A DNA stretch of 64,000 nt, from positions 115,258,001-115,322,000 of the forward strand of contig OX597817.1 in assembly GCA_951406725.2 (NCBI GenBank), read 5' to 3'. Every line of letters begins with the position of its first letter. The stretch's first letter is position 1. Both the position numbers and the translations under genes were made by a program. This stretch comes from Octopus vulgaris (Eukaryota). This document shows positions 26,100 through 40,734 of the stretch, piece by piece. The notes under the pieces are model-generated. The model ran no database searches. It was not told the DNA's origin and saw only the letters and a program-made list of their open reading frames with translations.

Positions 26100-26960
26100 C
26101 CTGTTTTAGTAGGTGTTAGAATTCTTCTGTTCTGATGTCAGGTTCAGTTGTGCGAAGTTTCATGTGTGCGAAGAAACTACGAAGATAAGCTGGTTGAGCT
26201 GACCATCCTGCCTCGGCAATTTCTCTCTCATGCATTCCGTAATATCGTCAGCAGTGTTATCAGTTTCTCACAGAACTCCGAATCCCTATCTGAAAACCGC
26301 GACAGACCATTACAACTGCTCGCCCCAAAGAGTTTATCGAATAGCAATTAAAAGTCAATTGGAATAAAATAGTACGTCGAATTTTGGCTTTGTTCTCATT
26401 TTGCGCATCCAAAGCTCATCGAATGGTTTTCCTTCCGTCATATTTGATAACGTAACATTCGGGCTTAGCGGTGAACTATCGGTCAAAGGCACATCTCTCC
26501 GTCACCATATTAGTCGTAATTCCTTTCCGAAGTATCCCATCTCGCTTACTAACTAGTTCTTCCTCTCCTATCGATTTCTCACTCATTATTTCCATACTAA
26601 ATCCTATTGAGTCTACTCAAATAGCGCTTTTCAAGTCTAACCATACTCGGTTGTTAGTTATTACCCTCGTCAACTCCCTATTAACTAGTTCTATAATCTA
26701 GTCTCTGTAAACTTGATGCGGCGCAAAATACGCTTTTCGTTTCCAGTAACCGAGCCTCTCTGTATGGTGGGTACGATCTGGGTTGCCCGGTTGCAATATC
26801 TTCAAGCATTTATATTGCTCCCCGTCGAAACATTTAATACGGCCCTCAAACATGACATAACTGGGATGGTGCATCTGTGAGTTGTGCCTCGCTCGTTCAA
26901 CCTTCATATTATAAGGCTGAACGGTAATGAATGACCTGGTGTACGCAATAAAAACCATAA
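26100..26960 (-). pseudogene. Decayed non-LTR retrotransposon RT fragment
   Basis: Minus-strand relics RVWLDLKSA (motif WLDLKxAFDSV) near 26620-26650 and TADDI (YADD) near 26245, in the expected order and spacing. Confidence 0.5.
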
Positions 26961-28149
26961 CCCTGCTGTGTATAAATAGTAAAAATAGTAAATATATAAC
27001 ACTCTGTTTTATGAATCGTAATATTTTCGCGTGTTTAAAAGTGTATGACTGCGATTGTATAGGTGTGTGCAGTCAGTTCATTAGCTTCTGTAAACTGCCG
27101 TATTAAAGAGCATAATGAGGTCCAATACATCATACTACAAATTGCAGAAAGGAAAATATAAAAAATATTAGAGTAAATATTAAAGGAAACCTAATTATAG
27201 CTGAAAGACATGCAGGAAATATTTTTCTAGATCGTGAATAATTTAAAATAAAAAAAGAAAACGCTAATTTTATTCCATGAAACAATCTGCATTTTAAATT
27301 CTGTAGAGAGCGCTGATAAATGTATTCATATTTTATATTTTAAATAACATTATTTCATTACGTCAAAGAAGATTACTGGTAAAATAAACGACATCTCCTA
27401 AGATGAGTTGATTCCACCACTCAAATTTCAGAGTTTCCTCATTTCCGAGAATAGCCTATTCACCAATATCCAGTGAAATAACGCTCTGTAAAAATCTAAG
27501 TGCTGAACTCTTCTTCTGAATTCCGTCTGTCTCTTCCCCCTGACACTATCTCAGTGCACAGCTACTCCGAACATTCGAAGAATTGAACATGTACACCCCT
27601 GTTCTTTTCAAAACTGTGCTAGAATAACTTGTCTATTTGTTTCTTTATTACCCACAAGGGGCTAAACATAGAGGGGACAAACAAGTACAGACAAACGTTT
27701 GTCGATGTAATCAACAGGGGTCGATGTAATCAACTTACCCCCTCCCCCGATATACTGACCTTGTGCCCAAATCTGAAATCAATTCTGGTTTCACGTTTAA
27801 TCGTGTACAATATTCGCAGTTCTACTTCCATCCCTATTTCAGCATGTAGGGTGTAGTCTGTAAGGCGCTAATGAGATCCAATTATTCAGAACCATGTTCG
27901 CACATGTAGAGATGAAATATTAGGGAGTTGTATTTGTATAGCAAGTGATTTGACCTGATACCTTATAAAAACCTGACTTAACTTTTTCTGAGATAGGGCA
28001 TTTGATAATATACAAGAACTGCTAAATTGCTATTAGATAAAAATTTACTTATGCCAAAATCCTCGAAGCAAAACTTCATTTTTTTTTTACTTTGTTTCCT
28101 TCCTGTTGAATAATATCAGTTTTTGAGCTGTCTTTTCCTCGGCAACAAT

Positions 28150-28620
28150 AAAAGCTCATATTATGTTGTGCATTCCAGAAGTCTTGAGGAATTTTCCTTC
28201 AAAGTAGGAACCTCTGACGCCAGCTCACTTGTCGTAACGATCAAGCCACTTGAAGGCCCCATGGAAGTCCTCCAATAGGAAGATGTCAAGGATCCATATT
28301 ATTTCTTCCATCTTCCCATTCTTTACAAAACGTCTGCCTCTGAGGTACTCTCTCAGCTTCGAAAACAGCCAAACCTCACAGGGAACAAGGTCTGGATTGT
28401 TGGGCGAGTGAGTGATAGTTTTGATGCCCATCTCTGTGAAGTAGTTGGTTACTAGATGGAATTGTGACAAGTAGCATTTAGTAGAGATTGTCCATAGTAC
28501 TGTTACAAACGTCTCCTTTAATCTGGAATAAAAAATATGTTGGCAGTTCATAGTTGGAACAATTATAGCTACTCCTCTTTAAAAAGTCTCAAAACTTCTG
28601 CAATGCCCCAGTACAAGCAG
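28150..28620 (-). mobile_element. Mariner transposase C-terminal remnant
   Basis: MGIKTITHSPNNPDLVPCEVWLFSKLREYLRGRRF matches the mariner HPPYSPDLAPCDFWLF..LK..LRGRRF motif. Confidence 0.8.
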
Positions 28621-29541
28621 TTTCTATAGCAACTGTATCGGCTTATCTTTTATTTTCGTTTTGCTCGTCTTCCTCTCGTTGCCTTTAATGTGTTGCCTCC
28701 AAAATTCCCCACAAAAGTCTTTTCCTAAGCACTTTCTGTACAACTGTAATTAATTGTTCAAATTACCCTGCTGCAAGTTGGAGTTTTCTGCAGTTCTATG
28801 CAGCTGTCGACAGACCTACAGCTGTTATTCACAGAAAATTAAGCGCATGGACCATACCAGTTTCAGAGAGGTTCGAAATGCTGCATGTACAGCTTGATCT
28901 ATCGCGTTATGAATAAAACTAAAGAACTACAACATTAATATTAGGGATGTTCTACATCTTTTTCCACCGTTATTCTTCAAATATATTATATAAAAAAGTT
29001 GGTGATTTTAGCAAAAGTAGCAAAACCTAAATGACAGCCTGTATTTAATAAAGACACTATTGATTTTGTTTCTGAAATATTTCCAATGTTGTCTTTACAT
29101 TTTATTCCACTATTCCCAATAAAACAAGCCAAACAATATATTAAGTAAATATATGTAAATGAAAAGCAAAATCGCGTTTTATCAGGAAATACATAATTCA
29201 GTCAGCACTGGACGTTACAGCTATATCGAAGAGATCAAAATGGTGTAGATCTAAAACCTCGTAATATATCATGCGAACTGCACAGCTTTTATAAAAAGGA
29301 AATGTACACCATGGTATATAACATCAGTGATATGCACATAAGTTGCATAATTTTGTCAGTATGCGTAGAACAAAAAAAATAACTAGAGATATTGTAACCC
29401 TTCCACCCAACTTGAAGAACTCCAGGAAGAGGACCTTATACATTATCAACATTGGCAATATGTGGTAAACCGGAAATACCTGAAGCAAAATAAAGCCTCA
29501 TTCTTTTTCACTGACATTGTATATTTCTATTAAGTTTAGAG

Positions 29542-30241
29542 CAGTGCGTCTCAAACTATCTAATGTGGTGTACCAGCAGTTTTATTTTTCCAACCTGCCA
29601 GGGGCCCGTAATATATTTTACTAATATTAATTTAAACCGGAAATATATACATAATGAATACAATAACAGTTGACGATTTAAAGAAATCTTATAGTTATTT
29701 TGTAGTGGCTGTTTGGTAAGTAGCTTGTTTACCAACCACATGGTTCCGGGTTCAATCCCACTGCGTGGCATCTTGGACAAGTGTCTTCTACTATAGCCGG
29801 ACCAAAGCCTTGTGAGTGGATTTGGTAGACGGAAACTGAAAGAAAGCCGTCGTATATATATATATATATATATACATATATATGTATGTGCGTGTATATG
29901 TTTGTGTGTCTGTGTTTGTCCCTCCATCATCTCTTGACAACCGATGCTGGTGTGTTTATGTCCCCGTAACTTAGCGGTTCAGCGAAAGAGACCGATAGAA
30001 TGAATACTAGGCTTACAAAGAATAAGTCCTGGGGTCGATTTGCTCAACTAAAAAGGCGGTGCTCCAGCATGGCTACAGTCAAATGACTGAAACAAGTATA
30101 AGAGTAAATAATACAATATTACACACGCATATATTACATACGCATATTATTTCGTTCTTTTCTGGAAACTCACCGTATACCGGCAGCTGAATGGCTCGCG
30201 GACCGGTACCGGTCCGCGGACCACTACTTTGTGTAGCACTG
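29542..30241. mobile_element. hAT (Charlie-type) MITE, cagtg...cactg termini, 8-bp TSD gtttagag; contains a SINE
   Basis: TSD gtttagag at 29534-29541 and 30242-30249. Imperfect TIR cagtgcgtctcaaa / tttgtgtagcactg. Subterminal palindrome cgcggaccggtaccggtccgcg. Confidence 0.85.
29702..30108 (+). mobile_element. SINE family A nested in hAT MITE
   Basis: gtggctgtttggtaagtagcttg...gactgaaacaagtataagagtaaa. Confidence 0.9.
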
Positions 30242-30307
30242 GTTTAGAGCCTGGTTCTCAATCATTTTTTACCAATGGATACCTTTCATCCCCATAACCA
30301 TTCAATG

Positions 30308-30534
30308 TTTAACCTTTCAACATTTACACCGGCCATATCTGGCCCAGATATTAGACTTCTTTTATGTTGAAACTTGCCAGATCCAGCCTCTCGTACTTAC
30401 CCTACAGAGTTAATCTAAAAATAAAAACATCGCATCATCAAAATCTCGAAGTTACAAGATAAAACGAGTAATTAAAAAGAAATATGAATATATAAACATT
30501 ACATGTGACAGAGTAATTTGAATGCTAAAGGGTT
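30308..30534. mobile_element. piggyBac-like MITE (ttaacc(c)ttt...aaagggtt)
   Basis: Left tttaacctttcaacatt, right aatgctaaagggtt; imperfect TIR starting at a TTAA. The right TTAA is lost at the next insertion. Confidence 0.5.
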
Positions 30535-30759
30535 GTGTCTGGAGAGAGTCATTTTCTTTTTGTGCCTTATAATATAACACACTCACCGGTAAAATTTCCC
30601 GTTATTTCTTATTTTTATTTTCAAGAGTCAAGACTATTGAAAAGGTTGCAAGACGCAACGAAAATTTTAGGAAAATAAAAATAAGAAATAAGGGGAAATT
30701 TATCGGTGAGTGTGTTACATTATAAGGCTCAAAAAGAAAATGACTCTCCCCAGTCACAA
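30533..30759. repeat. ~90-bp-arm inverted repeat (PLE inverted-pLTR type) with HHR-like spacer
   Basis: 30533-30622 is the reverse complement of 30671-30759 with few mismatches. Spacer contains TTGAAAA-g-gttgc-aagac-gcaac-GAAA. Confidence 0.8.
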
Positions 30760-31900
30760 CAGAATATGCTTCAAGACACGAATTCAAATAAAGAATCTTG
30801 CAAACCAAATCCAAAAACGGTTAAAAACTAGTTTTATAGATACTTCTTTCAAAATTTGTATTTTGTTTTTCACATGTTCTTGCGTAGGCTTGCAACAGTA
30901 CTCGCTGAAATGATACGTTTCAGTGGGTGTAAACTTGTTAACTATGTAAAACGTTAGAGAAAGAAACCTGGATGTTTCTTGCAATAAATATATCTTACGC
31001 AACATTTTTTTCACGGACTCTTCAAATACTACTGTGGATCCCCAATTTTCTATTTTGTTTGCGTGGACCCCTATCTAAAACCATATGTGGATCTCTGGGG
31101 TCATATGGAACTTACTTGAGAACCATTGGTTCAGAGAAACGTTCAGGACGACTGTTTATTATTAAAATCCTATTGCACAGACAGATACCATAAAAAAATT
31201 ATACAACCGAAATCAATAATGAATTTAGAAAATACATGAATGATACAAGCATACATATCCCCGCTCTTAGATGCCAAAACTATGTAAAAATGTAAAAAGA
31301 AAATGCATTTTTTTCTAATTATTTGTAGTATAAATGTATATGTTCTTTCGTTGGTAAATTTTTATACTGACTCGTGTTCATATGACATCACTACAAATGC
31401 AATGAATTTAAAGTGAAAATTCTCCCAGTGGATGATTGAATCTCGTATCAATTCATGTTTTGGTGAACATTAATTCTCTGATGTTATATTTAGATATTCA
31501 ACCTCAGGAAATTAGATTCTATAATACATATGTAAATATTGTGATAAAACAATAAACAATAAACTGTTGCTGCTGCTGCTGCTACTACTACTACTACTAC
31601 TACTTACACCACCACCACTACCACCACTTCAGTTACTACAGCTATCGTTATCAACACTACTACTACTGCTGTTAGTCTAACTACTGTTGTGATTGCTGCT
31701 ACAACTAGCACTTCTACTACCACTACCATTCCTATGATCCCACTATTAATATCGTTTTGATAACCGTTATAAATGCTTCCCCTCATATCATTACTGTATC
31801 ATCAAAAGAAAGACTACACGACTATTTGACATGGCGCCTTACATCTTCACCCTTCAGCTGGTCTCCCAAAAACCTACAGTTTGCTCCCTTTCAGCTCTCG

Positions 31901-31950
<50 letters not shown>

Positions 31951-32169
31951 AGTTCTGTCTTTTCTACTGCGCCGACAATACCATCTGCTCTTCGGATCTA
32001 TCTAATCTCGTGTACCAGCTTCACACAGACATTTTCGGCTCCATCGCCTTTCTTTTCCTTTCGACACATATATTAGGTTCACACATAAACCCATCATTAT
32101 TCTCTTTTCTGACTATTCTCCTGTTGAGACAATTATCAATTGCCCAAATGGCATGTACACGGAACTGAC

Positions 32170-32525
32170 ATACTAAGGAAATGAGCACAGGAATGAAATG
32201 CTGGCCATGTTAGGGCACCATCTTAAAGGGTTTTTGGTCGAAAAGTTCCACTCCGCTACTTGTTTTTACGTCTGGTACTTATTGTATCTTTCTCTTTTAC
32301 CGAACCACGGCCACTGTAAAGAGACCAACATCTGTTGCCAAGCGGTGGTGGGACACAAACACAAAGATATATGTAAATGTATATATCTATACATACATAT
32401 ATAAAAATACACACACTCACGCATTTATATATATCACGATGGACTTCTAGTTCTTGTCTACCAAATTCACTCACAAGTCTTTGGTTGGGAAACAAGCTTC
32501 ATATCCCACATTCACCACGCCTGCA
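32170..32525 (-). mobile_element. Decayed SINE family A
   Basis: tggccatgttagggcacc...tctaccaaattcactcacaag...ccacgcctgc. Confidence 0.7.
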
Positions 32526-33628
32526 CACACACATACATACATATAAATATATATATAAAGAGAAAGAGAGAGAGTAATTCAAATAAACAGATAAAGACCT
32601 GTGGTTTGAATGTACAAAAATTATATACATGTATACATTTAAAAAGAGAAGACAGACTTAAAAGTCTCAGATGGTTAACAATGAAGTATATATATAATTA
32701 AGGTAGGTAGACGCAATTCAAAACCAAGAGGAAATAATTCACCGTCACTAAACACCTTAATTATTATATAATTTTGACATAACCATTTTGCGGATTCAGC
32801 CATTGCTTGCTATGGTAAAAGCTATACAAATACATACATATACGGTGGTTTTCGGTTATTCTACTTTAACCTTTCTCTTTGGTTATATTATTTATTTTGT
32901 CTTTTCTCTGAGTAAGGGAGAATATAATGATTCAACTCACTTATACTCAAGTGTTATCATTATAGCTAAAACCCTAACTACAGTTATAACGTCATATAGA
33001 CATATACGCATGGAACGCTATATTGACATGTATGTTGAATATTTTAATCGTCTCCTTTAAACCGCTATAAGAAACATAAATCAAAGATTACAGAAATGCA
33101 TATTTATCTATGCTCAGTTGAAAAACAAACGTGAAGAGAAACATTTCCTTTTAATTATTTTTTATTATATAATATAACATTTTATATTTTTTTACAGTAA
33201 GAAAGATAACTTTGTCGCGGAGAAAAACGACTATAAATTCCTTAGCTAATTTCTTCTTTCTATCTAATACATTAACCAACAAATCAAAATAGATTTGTGA
33301 TTAACTTGGACATGGCATAAAAATTACCGATGTCTCCAAAAGAGTGAGTGACGTGGAGTTGAGTGACTACCAACGAACACTGAAATATCTTCCAAAATCC
33401 AGGGTTTTTATAACTGCTCAACTTGACTTAAAAAGAATCGAAATCCATGCCAGATATTCTTTTCGAAACTTCTAGAATCTTTATATGAGCAGTTATATTA
33501 ACCAATGGAAAAAAAACGAAAATGATATTTCTTCGGCAATACGACATTACGTCATATTACCAATTCGCGCCACATTTCAAAATGGCTAAAATGGTTATTG
33601 CTACACATACATACATACATACATACAT

Positions 33629-33712
<84 letters not shown>

Positions 33713-36700
33713 GTACTGACGGAGTAGAATTTAAGTTCACCACCCTCAATGAACTGAACAATTCTGATGAGCATTAAATTTCATGTGAAGTTGGTATGCC
33801 AATCTAATGCCATTCAATTGTGGTGGGGAGGTTTTCTCACTTATCAGTAAATAGAAAATGTGCTTTCTGTGGATAAAAAGTACTTTGACATTTATTTATA
33901 GCAATGCTAGTGCTCCCTGCATCTTTCGACACTGTCTAGTGACGGTGAATTATATATATATATATATTTATATACTTTTAATAGAGTAAACATTCTAAGA
34001 TTACATAGATGCGAAGAATTAGAGGGGAGTAGGCGTTACACATCCGACAGCTGTATCTGAGAGCCCGGAGTTACTTCTTAATGTAGTTCATCAACAACAG
34101 CCAATAATAGAAGCAAAAAGACATTGGTAAAATCCAGAGCTACCTTCATCATGATGGATAGAAAAGATTCTAACCGTGTTTGTATGAACGCATAATCAAG
34201 CAGTTTCAGGACACGAAATCGGTGGTTTTCAGCAGAAATGTACTTCATTCTCGATATATTCACATAGAATATTGTGTTGTAAAAATGTGATATTAAATAA
34301 CAATATAAAGTTATGAACATAACTTTACTCAACAGAGAATCATAAATATTTGAACATAATATAGCTATAAATATGATGAATGTTTTAATAAAACATAAAT
34401 CTGTTGTTATTAAAATGTTTGATATTTTCTAGGTATTCCTGCTATTGAGTAACATATCATAGTTTCTTTATTAGTTGTTAGATAATTTTCATGTATCACC
34501 ATTGCTCCAAACAAGTTGTCATCTGTCTTTGGTTGCAATTGTATTTGGGTCTGTGTACTAAGGTTGTTTATCTAGTGTGTATGTCAAACGATCTCATTCG
34601 TTCTCTCTCTTTCACTCCTCTCTCTCTCTCCCTCTCCCACTCACATGCATATGCACGCACACTCGTATACACACATTTTCTTAAATGGCGCACATATATT
34701 GTTACTTCAGTAGTTTGGGATTTTGGAATATCACTAGAATCCAGAAGTATAGCTTCTATGTAATCACTTTGTTTCCTAACAGTAGCAGCTAACCCCTACA
34801 CAACATAACACACCACACAGTCTTTGAAAAAAACTGAAAAATTAGCCTTAAAGTAAAACAAGATGCTTAAGCCCAAATAACCTAGGAGTTAAATAACAAA
34901 CAACAGGAAGAAGTACAAGGTGTAGCGTTAAACATCTGAATTGCTTTCTATTGCATTTCATTCGTTGTTATATTTAGTCGTTTCCTAAGTCGTAAACTTA
35001 GTATTTTTCACATGTAATTGGCATCTAGCGCACGTCAAAGAAGTTTTAAAAAAATGTAATTTTCATAGGAACACAAAAGGTGAAATTATTGCCCAATACA
35101 TGAAACTATAATTTCTTCACTGAGATTAATCAGCGGATTACTGTTGAAGTGTTCATAAAATGAATAAAAGGAAAACATATTTTCTAAATATATCTTGTGG
35201 GTTGCAGAAGTGTTAAATTTTATTCTCAGATTCAATTTTCACATACTTCCTTTCTAAGTGGAAGCTAACACAGTGACATCATAATCATTAACAACAAACG
35301 CAGTAGCAGAACGAACCATACAAGTAAAAACAGATGCAAACTAAAGCCTGAAGACACACATAAAACACACAAAGAAAAAAAGCAATAAAATCTCCCGAAA
35401 CCACAAGAAATATAACAGCGCTGACGGCATATGCATGACGAGTAAAACTTTAGTTATAGCGTAGCACTATAAAATATTTTTTCTTCAGAAAAGAAGTGAA
35501 ATTCAAGAATTACAAGATTAAGATGAATGGTTATTTTGGTGACTTGTTAGGCTGACGTTACACGTTGTTGAACATAAATTGCATATATGTGAAAAAAGAA
35601 AACATATATCACACCTTGTAGAATTAAAGTTTGGTTACGCTTGCGGAATGTAAGTTGCATAAATGCAATTGAGGTATGAAGACAGTGATGTCTTATTTTA
35701 CTGTAAAAAAAAGCAATGGAAGTAAAAGAAATGAAATAAAACTCGAAGTAAATATGCAACAACGTGCATCAGATAATGAATCATTTCAAAGGCAGAAGAG
35801 GTAAAGCATTGTCGGAAATAGAACCATAACAGTAAGTATTGAAAAATAAAATAAGCCAAAAAGAGGAAAGCGAAAACAAGAGGTAAATAATATTATGTAA
35901 GAAAATAGAAATGGAAATTAAAAGTATTCTGTTTTGATTTCAAACTATGTACTGTATTCAGTCAGAATGTTATGGCAGTTTTCTTTCGCTTGCAACAAGA
36001 AAATATCTAATTGCCAATTTAAACATGAAGATAAGATTTTCTATGAGCATGAGGATAGTTAAAAGTTATTTGTGGACATCTAGACCGTTGCCTGGTATCT
36101 GCTTCCAGGGATTCAGTTACGGGTTAGATCTGATAGATGCAGGTCTTAGGTGCATAAATAAGCAAGAGAAATAAGAAACTACCACTAACACACAACATAT
36201 TCAGAGGAAAAAAGGAAAAGAGTCATGCATGCATACATATTAGCAAGAAAGGGATAACGAAGAATTAATCCGAATATTTTACTGGTATTTTGTGAAGATG
36301 AAAGCAAAATTAACAACTGAGAGATTCGTATGCACAGTACAAAAATGCGGAACAAATTTTGCAAGGCATTCTATTTCATGCTAGAGCGAATCTAGCAAGC
36401 ACTGTCTTTCAATTCATGCTCAAGACCAAATGAATCATTTATATATCAATAGGCAGCTGAACAGTCACAGCCAGTGAAAGCTAACTCAGTGACTTATGTT
36501 GAAGTTGAATATTATTCTCCTCTCGAGTTATCCTAACCAGCCGGTCATATGTAGCGGAAACAGAATCCTCTATTATGTGATATTTGTGTAACAACGGAAT
36601 CAAACCTGGAGTGTGTGTGTGTATGTTTATATTGCAGAGTTTATTCTATATACGTAATCTAAAAAAATTATTTATTGAATGAATTAATGTTATTACATAA

Positions 36701-36819
36701 ATGTATCATGTGCTGATAGAGTACTGTAGATATGTAAGCACTAAATACAATACAAACTGTAGATCCAACTCAATCAGGGCTAGTTCTATTGAGGCATATG
36801 TATAAAAAAGAACACAAAC

Positions 36820-36917
36820 GGGTTAAAAATTTACGACAGCTGTTTCGGAAGAACTTTTTTGGTATTCATAGATTATGTCATAGCATATAATCCAGTATTT
36901 TCAAGTAAAATTTAACC
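36820..36917 (-). ncRNA. Hammerhead ribozyme relic with U3-A8 core (UUGAAAA) in a PLE terminus
   Basis: Minus strand: ggttaaattttac-TTGAAAA-tac.tggattat..ataatcta..ttcc-GAAA-cagctg-TC-gtaaatttttaacc. Long stem I, palindromic stem III. Partial inverted copy at ~37027-37058; homolog at ~39697-39796. Confidence 0.65.
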
Positions 36918-37475
36918 AGATATAAACAGGTGTGATAAAACAGTGATGTTGACAAATCCCACCAAAATGTTGTATAACTTAAAATGTTGGCTGGATTTAT
37001 CATCATCAAGGTTTCATGTGAACTGTGTATACCTGTTAAAATTTTACTTGAAAACGGTGCAGTGCATGCTATGTTGTATGTGTGTATTTATGTATATATA
37101 CATATACATATATATGCATATATATAAATATATATAAATATGTATATATATGTGTATACATACATAAATACACACACATACACACCCACCCACGCACACA
37201 TGTATATATATATATATGTGTGTGTGTGCGTGCGTGTGTGTGTGTGTGTGTGTGTGTGCATAATTTAAATTTAAAATAATAAGGGTGAAAAATTGAATAT
37301 TAATTTAATATCAATTTAAAACCAGTGGTTTACCATATTGAAATATCTGAAGTTTCAGAAAGAATAATATTACGTACATATAAGAGGGATGATCTATAAG
37401 TGGACATCCATTATGCTAGAAGAAGATCTAAGAGGTCCTCCCTCTTATATGTACATGTACATGTATATGTATATG

Positions 37476-37527
<52 letters not shown>

Positions 37528-39636
37528 CGACTTGAAAATAGACATACAGTGTCTCGATTATTTCCATCTTAATTCTAATGAAATTCTTAGTCTATACTAA
37601 ACAAATACAATCAACATCCAACCGATATCTTGATCTGATGCTAATCATCTGACTGGCGATGTAGTATATGTGTAAAACAAACAAGTACAGGTTGTTCACC
37701 TCTTAGCTTAAATCAATCAGTGCATAGCCAAAACTCAGCCATTAATGTATACCAATGAATCTACCTAATTACATTATTAAGAAAAATAAAACATGTTGTC
37801 AGTGTGAGAGTGGGGTTAAATATTGCTGTTAAATTTTAAAAGAAATTATATTTGATATACTTACGTTATTAACTTATTGCGAAGAGTCACAATGATCAGT
37901 TAAGTATTTAAATTAATAAATGGGGGAAAATGATATCATATATGCAATTACGTCACAATATAAAATCCAGAATTCGAGTTATGTGTCACAACAATTAGTT
38001 GATAGGAAAGTTTACAGAAGTGAACGATAAACTCAATTACCACAAGGGATAAAAGAATTAAAGTTCCGAGTTCTTATTTTGCGTCTGACAGCGAGAAAAT
38101 GACAAAAAAAAAATATTGTTGACAATGCCACATTCGCTATTTTCTTCACTCACAATCTATGCGCAATTTTAAATTCTTTATTCGTTACGATAAGGTGTGC
38201 GGCATGATATACCTGTTAACGAAGATCTACTACTTCACCGTTTCTCTAAAACTAACTGGGTCGTGTTTCCTTCTTAAATGTTCAAGCTAACGAGTGTGCC
38301 ACGAGGCAATCGCTGGAATTGTTAGAAACAACAGCCCAAAAATTCTCTCTATTCGCATTCATCAATCACGAAAACAGATAACGTACCAATAAATCTGGTC
38401 GAAAATTCACTGTCTCTTTAACTGAGTGACAACGTTCAAAACCAAGATAATGGTACTGTGTGTGGCAGTGGCTGATGAAATATTTGAATTTCCTAAAGGA
38501 AATGAATTAATGGGACTGACAAAAGCTGTGGCCTCTGAATTGGGTGTTAACTGAAGGTGTTGATAAATTTATATTGCTGTTCTTGTGCTTGTTGTTATTG
38601 TTGCTGCTGTTACTGTTCGTTTCTAACGTTTTGCCTCGAGCAAATTACCGAACAATTATGTAGACCCAACTCGATTCAGCATGCTATATGATAGGCAGGC
38701 GATTTGCTATATGGAGTATGATAACGTAAAAATAACATACGAAACAAAATGCAATGCAAATACATTTATAGCAATTATTTCCAGGCCATTGTGGCTGTAA
38801 TATTTGATATTGAAAAAACAAAAACGAAAAATCAAAAACAAAACAAAACAAAACTGATCAAACGGTATTTAGGTTTGAATATACAAATTAACTTTGGATA
38901 ACAATCTTGCAGAGGAGAAATTATCAAATGATAAGCTGATTTTTTTAATACATTATTTTTCAGATAAATAAATTACTTTACTATAATTGATTTCCTTCTA
39001 CTAACATGCAGCATCTTGAAATGGGCAATCACATTTATAGTCGATGTTTAAATGTATGTTCGGCGAGAAGATTGCATCATAGGAAAGCAAAGAATGTCAG
39101 CGATCTACTTCGCATCGAGCATATTTTTCTATCCGCATTTGGAAGTATTCAATATGAACACAAATATGAAAGAAGGCAGCAGTTGTACAGAACTATTTCA
39201 CTACAGAATAAATTCCTGTTGAAACAAATCAGCGTAGTGTCATGAAATAAATAATATATATATATATATATATATTTAAATATATATATATATGACGAAA
39301 GAGAGGAAGTATAGGATAAACATATTTACTTGAATTATTGGATTTCAACTGCATGGGACTATATATTATACCCATTTGTTTTGATTTACTATGGGATTCG
39401 TAGCCTGATCCATTTAAGGATATTTTCTGTGAATACAACAGGATTAGTTAAATCCGTATATTGTGCATTAAATACATATATACATATATATACATACACA
39501 CACACACATATATGTATTGCATTGCTTCACGTAGCATCCCTCCATAAGGATTAGCCACATTTAAGTGGGAAATATACTTCACGATGTCGTTCAGCTACTG
39601 TTTATACCTTGCTCAGAGATTTGTTATTGTTATATA

Positions 39637-39679
<43 letters not shown>

Positions 39680-40248
39680 CATTTCAGAACACAAATAGGG
39701 TTTAAAATTTACAACTGTTTCAGTAGAGATTTATTGATGTATTCATAGATTACATCATAACAAATAATCCACCGCTTTCAGGTAAACTTTCTAAACAACT
39801 TTCATAATTACATATCCAGCAACAGTTGGGTAAGTGGTATTTTAAGAAAGAAGTTCGAATTTATAAATGTTAATGCCCATTCCTATAGTTTTCATACGTC
39901 ACCTAGACCCGTCCCCGAGTAAGGTCTACAATATAAATTGGATTTGGTACATACAGATTCTTAGTACCAGCCAACACATGATACAAAAATGTTTGTTTTA
40001 CCTCACTGTGAACCCAATGTTATTGTACCTAAACATTTCTGGCGTCCCACATGTTGATGTGCCTAGATTATAATGAATTCTATAACTAATCTATAATTTT
40101 TTGTCTTGATTCCTTTTGGGACTATTTTTTAATAACCTGATCAGTAAGGATCCAGATTGTTGTCATAGAAACGAAGCTAAAGCGCTCAGAGTAATGCCGC
40201 TTTACCTGTATGCACATACACACATATATAATATATATGTGTGTATGC

Positions 40249-40331
<83 letters not shown>

Positions 40332-40473
40332 TATAAATTAGGGTATCTGAGAGATACCACCACGCTGAAATAGCAGTCAAAACCTGACCCTAAAGCCGCA
40401 TTAGATGTTCATATATCACTTGGGGAGTAGACAGAGAGACAAAATAAACTAGCAAGAACAATTTTACTAGATA

Positions 40474-40533
40474 ATTCCAAATCCTGGATTTTGGCTTTGC
40501 ATAAGAGATGCTCTACCTTCTTCAGTGGAATAT
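40474..40533 (-). ncRNA. Hammerhead ribozyme relic (GAAA mutated to AAAA) in a PLE terminus between (TA)n tracts
   Basis: Minus strand: attcca-CTGAAGA-a-gg..gcat.ctctt.atgc..cc-AAAA-tccagga-TT-tggaat. Confidence 0.6.
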
Positions 40534-40734
40534 ACCAGATAGCACATAAATACAAATATATATATATATATACAACATACGTTATACTTACATATACGAA
40601 CGTCTATACATACATATATATGCACGTATGTACACGAACAGCTTAATTTGCCCGTTTAACAGCTCCTCGCGCGATATTGTCAAAATAAACACCGCAGTGA
40701 ATACAATGACGAAATATATAAATTTATAAATAAG

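Larger units (their letters stand above)
30250..31128. mobile_element. Second hAT (Charlie-type) MITE directly adjacent, with nested insertions
   Basis: Ends cctggttctcaa.. / ..ttgagaaccattg. Flanked by gtttagag (30242-30249) and gttcagag (31129-31136). ggaccc-type subterminal motifs. Confidence 0.7.

Noticed and set aside
33765-33830. ctgatgagcatt..aatgc hammerhead-like start
   Set aside because: No GAAA or stem III downstream.
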